A stretch of 64,000 bases of DNA from an uncultured Bacteroidales bacterium (GTDB lineage Bacteria > Bacteroidota > Bacteroidia > Bacteroidales > WCHB1-69), in NCBI GenBank assembly GCA_946409645.1, contig CAMJXE010000004.1:11420-75419 (forward strand). Reading direction: 5' to 3'. The first letter of the stretch is position 1. Each line of letters begins with the position of its first letter. Below, one piece after another: positions 10,158-18,799 of this stretch. The position numbers were made by a program, and so were the translations under genes. A model generated the notes under the pieces. It did no database searches. It was not told the DNA's origin and was given only the letters and a program-made list of their open reading frames with translations.

Positions 10158-10952
10158 TTACTCGTTCGTAAGAATTTCTTCCAACATTTGCCGTAAAGCC
10201 GAGGAAGTGAGATCACGAGTCATCTTACCGCCATAACAGAGAGATATGTTGCCCGTTTGCTCGGAGACAACTACCGCCACGGCATCCGTAAACTCCGTGG
10301 CACCCAAGGCAGAACGGTGACGCAAACCCACCTCTTGGGGCAGGTCACGACTCTTCGACACTGGCAGAATACAACGTGCCGCCATAATTCGATGGTCTTT
10401 GATGATCACAGCTCCATCATGTAACGGACTGTTTTTGAAGAAAATATTCTCTAAAAGCTCTGCGGAAGGCTTGGCATCAATTTCCTCTCCTGTACTCAAG
10501 AACTCATCCAAGGGCGTTTTTCGAGCAAAAATAATCAAAGCACCTGTCATAGTAGTTGACATGTGCCGACAAGCCCTTTTTACCGCCAAAATCTCCTCTG
10601 AGTATTCAGAATGCTTGTTCTGCTTGGAAAACCGGTCACTGAAGAAGCGCATCAGTCGTCCATCGCCAATATAGAGGAAAAACTTACGTATTTCGGGTTG
10701 AAACAAAATGATGATGGCGAGCACACCTACGTTGATGAGCTCGCCCATCAAATCGGAAAGCATAGTAAAATGGAAAAAAGATACCACCTCATAAATCACG
10801 AAAATCAATGCCAACACCCAGAAAATCTTCACAGCAGCCGTGCCTTTCGTCAGCTTGTAGAGCTCGAAAAGCAGAATAGCTACAATCAGGATGTCCAAGA
10901 CATCAATGATTCGGAAATTGATAAAATTGAAAATGGCAGCAAGTTCCATCAT
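10158..10952 (-). CDS. cdaA: Diadenylate cyclase CdaA (three TM helices + DAC domain)
   Basis: FQPEIR, SPLHDGAVII, GLRHRSALG and VSEQTG motifs. Confidence 0.95.
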   Translation of the reverse strand: MMELAAIFNFINFRIIDVLDILIVAILLFELYKLTKGTAAVKIFWVLALIFVIYEVVSFFHFTMLSDLMGELINVGVLAIIILFQPEIRKFFLYIGDGRLMRFFSDRFSKQNKHSEYSEEILAVKRACRHMSTTMTGALIIFARKTPLDEFLSTGEEIDAKPSAELLENIFFKNSPLHDGAVIIKDHRIMAARCILPVSKSRDLPQEVGLRHRSALGATEFTDAVAVVVSEQTGNISLCYGGKMTRDLTSSALRQMLEEILTNE

Positions 10953-10964
10953 ACTCTTAAAGAA

Positions 10965-11867
10965 TTATGCCATCAAGGCAGCCAATGCAATAGAATACAT
11001 TTTCGTTTTGGCACTGTCACCACGAGAAGAGAGCACGCATGGCACTTTTGCACCCTTCAGCAGTGCGCCCAGTTCGGCGTGACTGAACTTCGTACAGCAT
11101 TTGTAGAATACGTTGCCCGTCTCGATGTTCGGGAAGAGCAGACAGTCGGCGTCGCCGGCCACTTCGCTCTTGAACTTCTTGATTTCCACCGTCTCCTTGT
11201 CGATAGCGAGGTCCAAAGAGATAGGACCCTCGACGGAGACATTGCCCAATTGACCGCGGTTGCCCATGGCAGCGAGGAGCGCAGCGTCAACGCAAGCCTG
11301 CATACCCACGGACATCTGCTCGGTAGCAGCCAGGCAGGCCACTTTCGGTTTTTCAATACCGAGAGCATTAGCCGTTTCGACCAAATATTTGAGAATAGCT
11401 TGTTTCTCCTTAAACTCAGGAGCGGGGATCACGGCCACATCGCCCACGATGAGTAATTTATGGTAGGCCGGGTTCTCAATCACAGTCACATGCGACAAAG
11501 TGGCCTTCGGAGGGCAGAGACCCTTCTCCTTGTTCAGGATAGCGCGCATATATTTGTCGGTAGGCAGCAGACCTTTCATCAGAATCTGGCCCTCGCCGGC
11601 GTTGATGAGTTCGCAGCTCTTTGTGGCAGCCTTCGTATCCACATATTCGGGCACGATGGTGAACTTCGACATATCAAAGCCATGCTCTTTGCACACTTTC
11701 TCGATTTCCTCGGGGTTGCCGACGAGAGTGGCATCGATCACGCCTAATTCCACAGCGGCATATACAGCCTCGATGGTGTGCGCATCGTTGGCATTGGCAG
11801 CCACCAATCTTTTTCTCGGTTTTGATTTTACTAATTCTACTAATTGGTCTAATTTCGTGATAGCCAT
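10965..11867 (-). CDS. Phosphate acyltransferase (phosphate butyryltransferase-like, PTA/PTB family)
   Basis: ILMKGLLPT, EGPISLDLAI, PNIETGNVFYK and SSRGDS motifs. Confidence 0.9.
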   Translation of the reverse strand: MAITKLDQLVELVKSKPRKRLVAANANDAHTIEAVYAAVELGVIDATLVGNPEEIEKVCKEHGFDMSKFTIVPEYVDTKAATKSCELINAGEGQILMKGLLPTDKYMRAILNKEKGLCPPKATLSHVTVIENPAYHKLLIVGDVAVIPAPEFKEKQAILKYLVETANALGIEKPKVACLAATEQMSVGMQACVDAALLAAMGNRGQLGNVSVEGPISLDLAIDKETVEIKKFKSEVAGDADCLLFPNIETGNVFYKCCTKFSHAELGALLKGAKVPCVLSSRGDSAKTKMYSIALAALMA

Positions 11868-11895
11868 AATGTTACAATTTAAATGTTTGAAAGTG

Positions 11896-11903
11896 CAAAG
11901 ATA
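11896..11903 (-). promoter_or_regulatory. -7 promoter box for the acyltransferase-cdaA unit
   Basis: caaagata on the + strand. Confidence 0.7.
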
Positions 11904-11914
11904 TAATTTTTTTC

Positions 11915-11940
11915 GGTTACACGGTTACACGGTTACACGG
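11915..11940. repeat. Octamer tandem repeat GGTTACAC x3
   Basis: ggttacac ggttacac ggttacac gg. Confidence 0.9.
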
Positions 11941-11944
11941 TGTT

Positions 11945-11971
11945 ATTGAGACTCCATCATTGCGTCTCTAC
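11945..11971. repeat. Degenerate GTAG-type REP-like copy
   Basis: attgagact-ccatcattg-cgtctctac; right arm intact. Confidence 0.6.
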
Positions 11972-12066
11972 AACACCCACCAAACGTTATTCTTCATAAA
12001 CAATGACCGCGCCCACCCATCCCCTTTCATTCATCATTTAACATTCACCATTCTACATAAAAATAG

Positions 12067-12074
12067 TATCTTTG
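12067..12074 (+). promoter_or_regulatory. -7 promoter box for ahcY
   Basis: TATCTTTG upstream of ATG 12113. Confidence 0.7.
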
Positions 12075-12112
12075 CACCCTCTAATTCCCGAACAAATAAA
12101 ACTTATAATAAT

Positions 12113-13522
12113 ATGATAGACAATAATTTGAAATACAAAGTCGCCGATATGAATTTGGCGGAATGGGGACACAAAGACATTGATGTCTCCCAAAAAGAGA
12201 TGCCAGGTTTGTTGGCTATTCGTGAGAAATATGGTGACACCAAACCTTTGAAGGGTGTACGCATCATGGGCTCGCTACACATGACCATCCAAACTGCTGT
12301 ATTGATTGAGACTTTGACGCATCTGGGCGCGGAAGTGCGCTGGTGCAGCTGTAACATCTTCTCCACGCAGGACCACGCCGCTGCCGCCATCGCCGACAAC
12401 GGTGTCTCCGTCTTCGCTTGGAAGGGCGAAAGCCTCGAAGATTACTGGTGGTGCACCGTGAACGCCCTCTCTTTCCCTGGCGGCAAAGGTCCGCAACTCA
12501 TCGTCGATGACGGCGGTGACGCCACGCTACTCATCCACCTCGGTTGCAAGGCCGAAGACGACCCGACGGTCCTCGACGCCGAACCCGAATCCCACGAACA
12601 AGCTGTGATTTTCAACACGTTGAAGCAAGTGCTGAAGGAAGATCCGCACCACTGGCACAACATGGTGAAGGAAATCAAGGGCGTGTCGGAGGAGACCACC
12701 ACAGGCGTACACCGTCTCTACCAAATGATGGAACGCGGTGAACTGCTCTTCCCTGCCATCAACGTCAATGACTCTGTGACGAAATCCAAATTCGACAACA
12801 AATACGGTTGTCGCGAATCTTTAGCCGACGGCATCAAGCGCGCCACCGATGTGATGGTGGCCGGCAAGGTGGTCGTCGTGTGCGGTTACGGCGACGTCGG
12901 CAAGGGCTGTGCGCAGGCTATGCGTTCCTACGGCGCCCGCGTCATCGTCACCGAGGTCGATCCCATCTGTGCATTGCAAGCCGCTATGGAAGGCTTCGAG
13001 GTGAAAACCGTGGAAGATGCGCTCGACGAAGGCAACATCTACGTCACCTGCACAGGCAACTGCGATGTCATCACCGTCGATCACCTTAACAAGATGAAAG
13101 ACCAATCCATCGTTTGCAACATTGGACATTTTGACAACGAAATACAGGTGGAAATATTTGAGAATCAACCAAATATCAAGAAGCGCAATATTAAGCCGCA
13201 GGTGGATGAATACATCTTCCCCGATGGACACTCCATTTTCATCCTCGCCGAAGGCCGTCTCGTGAACTTAGGTTGTGCCACTGGTCACCCCTCGTTCGTG
13301 ATGAGTAACTCCTTCACAAATCAAGTGATGGCTCAACTCGACTTATGGCAACACGACTATAAAGTGGGGGTCTATAACCTGCCGAAGCATTTGGACGAAG
13401 AGGTCGCCCGTCTGCATTTGGGCAAGATTGGAGTCAAGTTGACCACCCTCACCCAAAAACAGGCCGACTATATCGGTGTCAAGGTCGAAGGCCCGTTCAA
13501 GCCGGATACATATAGATATTAA
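12113..13522 (+). CDS. ahcY: Adenosylhomocysteinase
   Basis: [44 protein letters not shown]; the true start is ATG 12113, downstream of the promoter. Confidence 0.97.
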   Translation: MIDNNLKYKVADMNLAEWGHKDIDVSQKEMPGLLAIREKYGDTKPLKGVRIMGSLHMTIQTAVLIETLTHLGAEVRWCSCNIFSTQDHAAAAIADNGVSVFAWKGESLEDYWWCTVNALSFPGGKGPQLIVDDGGDATLLIHLGCKAEDDPTVLDAEPESHEQAVIFNTLKQVLKEDPHHWHNMVKEIKGVSEETTTGVHRLYQMMERGELLFPAINVNDSVTKSKFDNKYGCRESLADGIKRATDVMVAGKVVVVCGYGDVGKGCAQAMRSYGARVIVTEVDPICALQAAMEGFEVKTVEDALDEGNIYVTCTGNCDVITVDHLNKMKDQSIVCNIGHFDNEIQVEIFENQPNIKKRNIKPQVDEYIFPDGHSIFILAEGRLVNLGCATGHPSFVMSNSFTNQVMAQLDLWQHDYKVGVYNLPKHLDEEVARLHLGKIGVKLTTLTQKQADYIGVKVEGPFKPDTYRY

Positions 13523-13529
13523 TATTGTT

Positions 13530-13557
13530 GTTGAGACGTAGCGCACAACGTCTCTAC
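13530..13557. repeat. GTAG-type REP-like palindrome
   Basis: gttgagacg-tagcgcacaa-cgtctctac, 7 nt after the ahcY stop. Confidence 0.8.
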
Positions 13558-13580
13558 CGATAAGACAACAACGTTATAAT

Positions 13581-13618
13581 AGGACGGGGTGATGAAAATT
13601 TCACCTCGTCTTTTTTTT
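13581..13618 (+). terminator. Intrinsic terminator of ahcY
   Basis: ggacggggtga...tcacctcgtc stem followed by a T8 tract. Confidence 0.8.
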
Positions 13619-13700
13619 GCCTTTCGTAGCAAAAAAATTGTATCTTTGCCCTGCTTTTTGCAGAAGATTATATTAAGTAACTCTAATTAAATAATTGAAT

Positions 13701-14897
13701 ATGAAAATATTAGTCCTTAACTGCGGTAGTTCCTCCATCAAGTATCAATTGTTGGAGATGGAACCGCAACCTGAATTGTTAGCTAAAGGTCTCGTAGAGC
13801 GCGTCGGTTTGGAAATGGGTGAATTCACCCACAAACCTGTCGGTAAAGAGAAATGCTACGTGCAAACTCCTATCCCAACTCACGAAGAAGGCATCAAATT
13901 GGTTCTCAACATGTTGACCGATCCTGAGCACGGTGTCATCAAATCCCTCGATGAGATTGGTGCAGTAGGTCATCGCGTGGCGCACGGCGGCGAATTTTTC
14001 AAAGAAAGCGTGGTCATCGGCGACAAAGAGCGCGAGGAAATCTCCAAACTATGTGCTTTAGCCCCCCTGCACAACCCCGCCAGCCTCACCGGCATCGATG
14101 CCATGAAGAAGCTCCTCCCCAATGTGAAACACGTCGGCGTGTTCGACACCTCTTTCCACCAAACCATGCCTGAAGAAGCATTCTTGTACGCACTTCCTTT
14201 CGAATACTACAGCGAGAAGAAAATCCGTCGTTACGGTTTTCATGGCACCAGCCACAAGTATGTTGGCCCGAAGGCCGCTGAACTGGTCGGCATCCCTTAC
14301 GAGAATTCCAAAATCATCAGCTGTCACCTCGGCAACGGCGCCTCCATCTGCGCCATCAAGAACGGCAAATCCATCGACACCTCCATGGGATTCACCCCAG
14401 TCGAAGGTCTGGTGATGGGTACCCGCGTGGGTGACCTCGACGCTGGTGTCCTGCTCTATATCATGGACACGGAAGGTCTGAACACCAAGGAGATGAATGC
14501 GCTCATCAACAAGAAGAGCGGTCTGCTTGGCATCTCCGGCAAGAGCGTCGATATGCGCGACATCCGCGCTGGTCGTGATGCTGGCGACGAACGTAGCACT
14601 GATGCCTTCAATATGTTCGCATACCGCGTACGCAAGTACATCGGCGCGTATGCCGCAGCAATGGGCGGCGTTGACGTCATCCTCTTCACTGGTGGCATCG
14701 GCGAGAACGCCTGGTTCCAACGTGAAAAAATTTGCGAAAACCTGGAATGGCTTGGCGCAAAACTCGATCCCGAAGCCAATCAGAAATATTGCGGCGAGGA
14801 CGGCATCATATCCACTCCCGACTCCACCACGAAACTGGTGGTCGTCACTACAAATGAGGAGTTGGTGATCGCAACTGACACTTACAATTTACTGTAA
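13701..14897 (+). CDS. ackA: Acetate kinase
   Basis: LVLNCGSSSIK, GHRVAHGG, RYGFHGTSH, FTGGIGEN; promoter TATCTTTG at 13641. Confidence 0.97.
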   Translation: MKILVLNCGSSSIKYQLLEMEPQPELLAKGLVERVGLEMGEFTHKPVGKEKCYVQTPIPTHEEGIKLVLNMLTDPEHGVIKSLDEIGAVGHRVAHGGEFFKESVVIGDKEREEISKLCALAPLHNPASLTGIDAMKKLLPNVKHVGVFDTSFHQTMPEEAFLYALPFEYYSEKKIRRYGFHGTSHKYVGPKAAELVGIPYENSKIISCHLGNGASICAIKNGKSIDTSMGFTPVEGLVMGTRVGDLDAGVLLYIMDTEGLNTKEMNALINKKSGLLGISGKSVDMRDIRAGRDAGDERSTDAFNMFAYRVRKYIGAYAAAMGGVDVILFTGGIGENAWFQREKICENLEWLGAKLDPEANQKYCGEDGIISTPDSTTKLVVVTTNEELVIATDTYNLL

Positions 14898-14913
14898 TAG
14901 AATCTTTATAGAT

Positions 14914-14952
14914 AAAAAAACGGGTTGATCAAATGGTCAACCCGTTTTTTTT
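14914..14952. terminator. Bidirectional intrinsic terminator
   Basis: aaaaaaacgggttga-loop-tcaacccgttttttt between convergent genes. Confidence 0.9.
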
Positions 14953-14971
14953 CACATTCTCGAGACAAAGA

Positions 14972-17245
14972 TTACTTCTTTTTGAGATATTCGTCGATGG
15001 CTTTGGCAGCACTTTTACCTGCACCCATAGCGAGAATGACCGTTGCCGCACCGGAAACGATATCACCACCAGCAAAGACCCCTTCACGAGAGGTAGCTCC
15101 TACCTCATCCGCCACAATGCAACCATGATTGTTGACATCCAAACCTTGTGTAGTGGTGTAAATCAATGGGTTAGGCGAAGTTCCGATAGACATGATCACC
15201 ATATCGGTCTCCAAGACAAACTCTGAACCGGGAATTTTCACTGGACGACGGCGACCCGATTCATCCGGTTCGGAAAGTTCCATACGCACGCACTCCATAC
15301 CGCAAACCCAACCTTTGTCGTCTCCAATAATTCTTACAGGATTTGTAAGCAATTGGAAATCAATACCTTCTTCTTTGGCATGGTGTACTTCTTCGCGCCG
15401 CGCCGGCAGTTCCTCTTCAGAACGACGATAGACGATATGCACTTCTGCACCAAGACGAATGGCCGTGCGCGCGGCATCCATAGCTACATTGCCGCCTCCC
15501 ACCACTGACACCTTCTTACCGACGAAGTTCGGGGTCTCATATTTTTCTTTATAAGAGAACAACAGGTTATTTCGGGTTAAAAACTCATTGGCAGAAACAA
15601 CACCGCATAAATTCTCACCCTCAATATTCATAAAATTGGGAAAACCAGCACCCGAAGCGATAAAAACAGCATCATAGCACCATTTGTTCATTAAATCGTC
15701 CACCGACATAGTGCGACCGATGACCACATCACTTTCGAAGCGCACTCCGAGATTTTTGATAGTCTCAATTTCAGGTTTCACGATGTCTTTTTTTGGCAGA
15801 CGGAACTCCGGAATACCATAGACAAGTACACCGCCAAACTCGTGAAGTGCCTCATATACAGTAACATCATAACCCATACAGCGGAGTTCCTTGGCGCAGG
15901 TCAGACCTGCTGGACCACTGCCCACCACTGCTACTTTCTGGCCTTTACGCACCGAGGGTTTCTGCGCCACGATGTTGTTCTTCATCGACCAGTCACCGAT
16001 GAACCGTTCCAGTTTACCGATGGCCACAGGCTCTCCTTTGCGACCAAGAATGCACTTACCTTCGCACTGGCTCTCCTGCGGACAAACGCGACCACACACG
16101 GAGGGCAGGGCAGTATCTTCACGAATCAATGTGGCAGCTTTGTCGAACTTACCGTCCTTGATAAGAGAGATAAAATCAGGGATACGGATATGTACCGGAC
16201 AGCCGTTCACGCACTGCGGATTCTTACAAGTCAGACATCGGCGAGCCTCTTCCACCGCCTCTTCGGCATTGTAGCCGAAACAAACCTCCCTAAAGTTTGA
16301 ACAACGCACCTCGGGCGCTTGCTCGCGCACAGGCACGCGTGATTTCGGTGGAAGAGCTTCATGTGCGATACCGCCGATATGACATTGGTGATTCTCCCTT
16401 AACTCTTCTTCTTCCAACAACTTACGACCTTCAACATGGTCATACATGGCCTGACGGTGCATACACTCGTCGAAATTGATGAGGGAAGCGTCAAATTCGG
16501 GGCCATCAACACAGGTGAATTTTGTTTGACCACCGATTTGCACACGGCACGCGCCGCACATTCCCGTTCCGTCCACCATCAACGAGTTGAGACTCACCAC
16601 GCAGGGAATCCCTAATTCCTTGGCTTTCAATGACACGAATTTCATCATGATCATCGGACCGATTGCTGTGATTTCATCGTAACGTCGGCCTTCCTTGTGT
16701 ACCAAATGATCCAACATGTCGTTCACTGTGCCCTTGAAACCCATAGAGCCATCGTCAGTGGTAATATACAAGTTGTTGGTAATCTTACGGAACTGCTCTA
16801 TGTAAAAGAGCAGGGAGGCATTGCGGGCCCCGATGATGACATCGCATTCCAATCCGTGTTGTGACATCCACTTTACCAATGGAAAGACTGGTGCGATGCC
16901 AACACCTCCCGCTATGAAACAGTACCGAGACCGACGTAACATGCCAATCGGGCGGTGGATAAAGGCCGATGGATTCCCCAACGGTCCCACCACATCATGG
17001 AAAAAACCGCCAACGGGATATGAGACAATTTTCCGCGTTGAAACGCCTATTGTTTTGATAACCAAAGTGATAGTTCCATCGGGCAGAAAAGTATCGCTGA
17101 CGGTTAATGGAATGCGTTCAGCGGTTTCGTTCGCTTTCACAATGACGAACTGCCCAGGCAGCACTGACTGCGCAATTTTCGGGGCTTCCACTTCCATCAG
17201 GAAAGTGTCCTTGCCTAATTCTTCCTTTTTGACGATTTTATACAT
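14972..17245 (-). CDS. Fused NfnA/SudB + NfnB/GltD-like flavin-FeS oxidoreductase (often annotated PyrK/glutamate synthase small subunit fusion)
   Basis: N-terminal half: PGQFVIV, ERIPLT, MVDGTGMCGACR, CVDGPEF. C-terminal half: RCLTCK..CVNGCP, CGRVCPQE..CE, GSGPAG, GGGNVAMD. Confidence 0.9.
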   Translation of the reverse strand: MYKIVKKEELGKDTFLMEVEAPKIAQSVLPGQFVIVKANETAERIPLTVSDTFLPDGTITLVIKTIGVSTRKIVSYPVGGFFHDVVGPLGNPSAFIHRPIGMLRRSRYCFIAGGVGIAPVFPLVKWMSQHGLECDVIIGARNASLLFYIEQFRKITNNLYITTDDGSMGFKGTVNDMLDHLVHKEGRRYDEITAIGPMIMMKFVSLKAKELGIPCVVSLNSLMVDGTGMCGACRVQIGGQTKFTCVDGPEFDASLINFDECMHRQAMYDHVEGRKLLEEEELRENHQCHIGGIAHEALPPKSRVPVREQAPEVRCSNFREVCFGYNAEEAVEEARRCLTCKNPQCVNGCPVHIRIPDFISLIKDGKFDKAATLIREDTALPSVCGRVCPQESQCEGKCILGRKGEPVAIGKLERFIGDWSMKNNIVAQKPSVRKGQKVAVVGSGPAGLTCAKELRCMGYDVTVYEALHEFGGVLVYGIPEFRLPKKDIVKPEIETIKNLGVRFESDVVIGRTMSVDDLMNKWCYDAVFIASGAGFPNFMNIEGENLCGVVSANEFLTRNNLLFSYKEKYETPNFVGKKVSVVGGGNVAMDAARTAIRLGAEVHIVYRRSEEELPARREEVHHAKEEGIDFQLLTNPVRIIGDDKGWVCGMECVRMELSEPDESGRRRPVKIPGSEFVLETDMVIMSIGTSPNPLIYTTTQGLDVNNHGCIVADEVGATSREGVFAGGDIVSGAATVILAMGAGKSAAKAIDEYLKKK

Positions 17246-17247
17246 TC

Positions 17248-17371
17248 GTTTACTGTTTGTGGTTTACTGTTTGCGGCCCCTCACTTCGTTTCGCTTGCGG
17301 GGCTGGTTCCCCACACTGCGCTTCGCTTGTGTAGGGTTAATTGCACTTCGTGCGTTTTGCCTCTCCGAGGC
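17248..17371. repeat. Multi-hairpin intergenic element
   Basis: 14-mer tandem (gtttactgtttgyg x2), two related hairpins with cttcgcttg-type loops, then gcac-ttcg-tgc and gcct..aggc. Confidence 0.6.
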
Positions 17372-17401
17372 TGCTCAAGGAACAATAATATAATAATGCC
17401 T

Positions 17402-18604
17402 CTATCTGAGGGATCCTACGATTGCGTCCGCCAATGCCTCCAACTCAGCTCGTTGCGTCTCTTTCATCGCAGACTTGAAGGTAATGGCGGGTTCGAGGAC
17501 CGTGGTGTTCTTCATTTCGCCGAGGATGGCTTTGATAGCGTTACCAGAAACGGGAGCCCAAGATCCATTCTCAATTACAGTGAAGGTGCGATTCTGAAGC
17601 AGATGTGCCTTGATATCAAGCAGATAGTTCTCCATTGGCGGGTATAAACCGCCGTTGTATGTAGGAGCAATCAAGACAATGTGGCTACAGCGGAAAGACT
17701 CTGACACCAAGTAAGATACGTGTGTTGCCGAAACATCATACATCTGGATGTTTCGACAGCCTTTGTCGGCCAAAAGACCAGACAGCACAGTTGCCACGGA
17801 TTCCGTATGACCGTACATAGAACCATACACGATAAGGATTTCCTTGTCTTCGGGTTCATAGCGACTCCATTTGTCGTATTTTTCGATAAATTTCCCGAAA
17901 TCCTTGCGCCAAACCGGGCCGTGCAGCGGGCAAATCATGGCAATGTCGAGCGTGGCGGCCTTCTTCAACAGGTTCTGCACCTGAACACCATACTTTCCTA
18001 CAATATTAGTATAATAGCGGCGAGCTTCGTCCATCCATTCACGATCGAAATTCATCTCATCAGCATAAAGATTGCCGCTAATGGCACCGAAAGTACCGAA
18101 AGCATCAGCGGAGAAGAGCACCTTATCGGTAGAGTCGTAAGAAACTAACACTTCTGGCCAGTGTACCATCTGAGCACCTACAAAATTCAGCGTATGCTTA
18201 CCTGTATTTAGTGCATCTCCTTCCTTAACAATCTGGATTTGAACACTTTCCGAAAGATTCATAAATTGCTTGATAAAACGAGAAGCCTGCAAACTGCAAA
18301 CCATGACGGCATTGGGCCAACGCACCAAAACCTCTTGTAATGAAGCTAAATGATCGGGCTCGACATGGTGAATAACAATATAGTCGAGCGTTCTTCCTGT
18401 CATTACAACAGTCAGATTTTCAATAAATTGCGCACTCACTGCTTGGTCAGCAGTATCCAAAAGCACTGTCTTTTCGTCGAGCAACACATAAGAATTGTAC
18501 GATGCTCCGCGCGGGACGGGCATCATATTTTCAAAAAGGGCCAACCGTCTGTCGGAAGCACCTATGTACCATAAATCCTGTGTAATCTGTCTTGATGTAT
18601 TCAT
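17402..18604 (-). CDS. fprA: FprA-family flavodiiron protein (MBL + flavodoxin)
   Basis: GASYNSY, HHVEPDH, HWPE, FSADAFG, CPLHGP, YGSMYGHT; start moved to ATG 18604. Confidence 0.93.
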   Translation of the reverse strand: MNTSRQITQDLWYIGASDRRLALFENMMPVPRGASYNSYVLLDEKTVLLDTADQAVSAQFIENLTVVMTGRTLDYIVIHHVEPDHLASLQEVLVRWPNAVMVCSLQASRFIKQFMNLSESVQIQIVKEGDALNTGKHTLNFVGAQMVHWPEVLVSYDSTDKVLFSADAFGTFGAISGNLYADEMNFDREWMDEARRYYTNIVGKYGVQVQNLLKKAATLDIAMICPLHGPVWRKDFGKFIEKYDKWSRYEPEDKEILIVYGSMYGHTESVATVLSGLLADKGCRNIQMYDVSATHVSYLVSESFRCSHIVLIAPTYNGGLYPPMENYLLDIKAHLLQNRTFTVIENGSWAPVSGNAIKAILGEMKNTTVLEPAITFKSAMKETQRAELEALADAIVGSLR

Positions 18605-18799
18605 ATTTCTATATATATAACATAAATTGTCTAAAAAAGATTTGCTCTTTTTATCAAAAACCGAACGGCAAAAATACAAAAATCTCCTGAAACAAATAAA
18701 ATTTAAATATATGAACAAAGACTAATTTGGAATTATTTTTTTTGTATTTTTGCGGCAATATTATTAAAAGGAATAATTATAATTAAAATTCAATAAAGT

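Noticed and set aside
12713-12721. CGTCTCTAC REP arm inside ahcY
   Set aside because: It encodes the conserved HRLY motif and has no matching left arm, so it is a coincidence.
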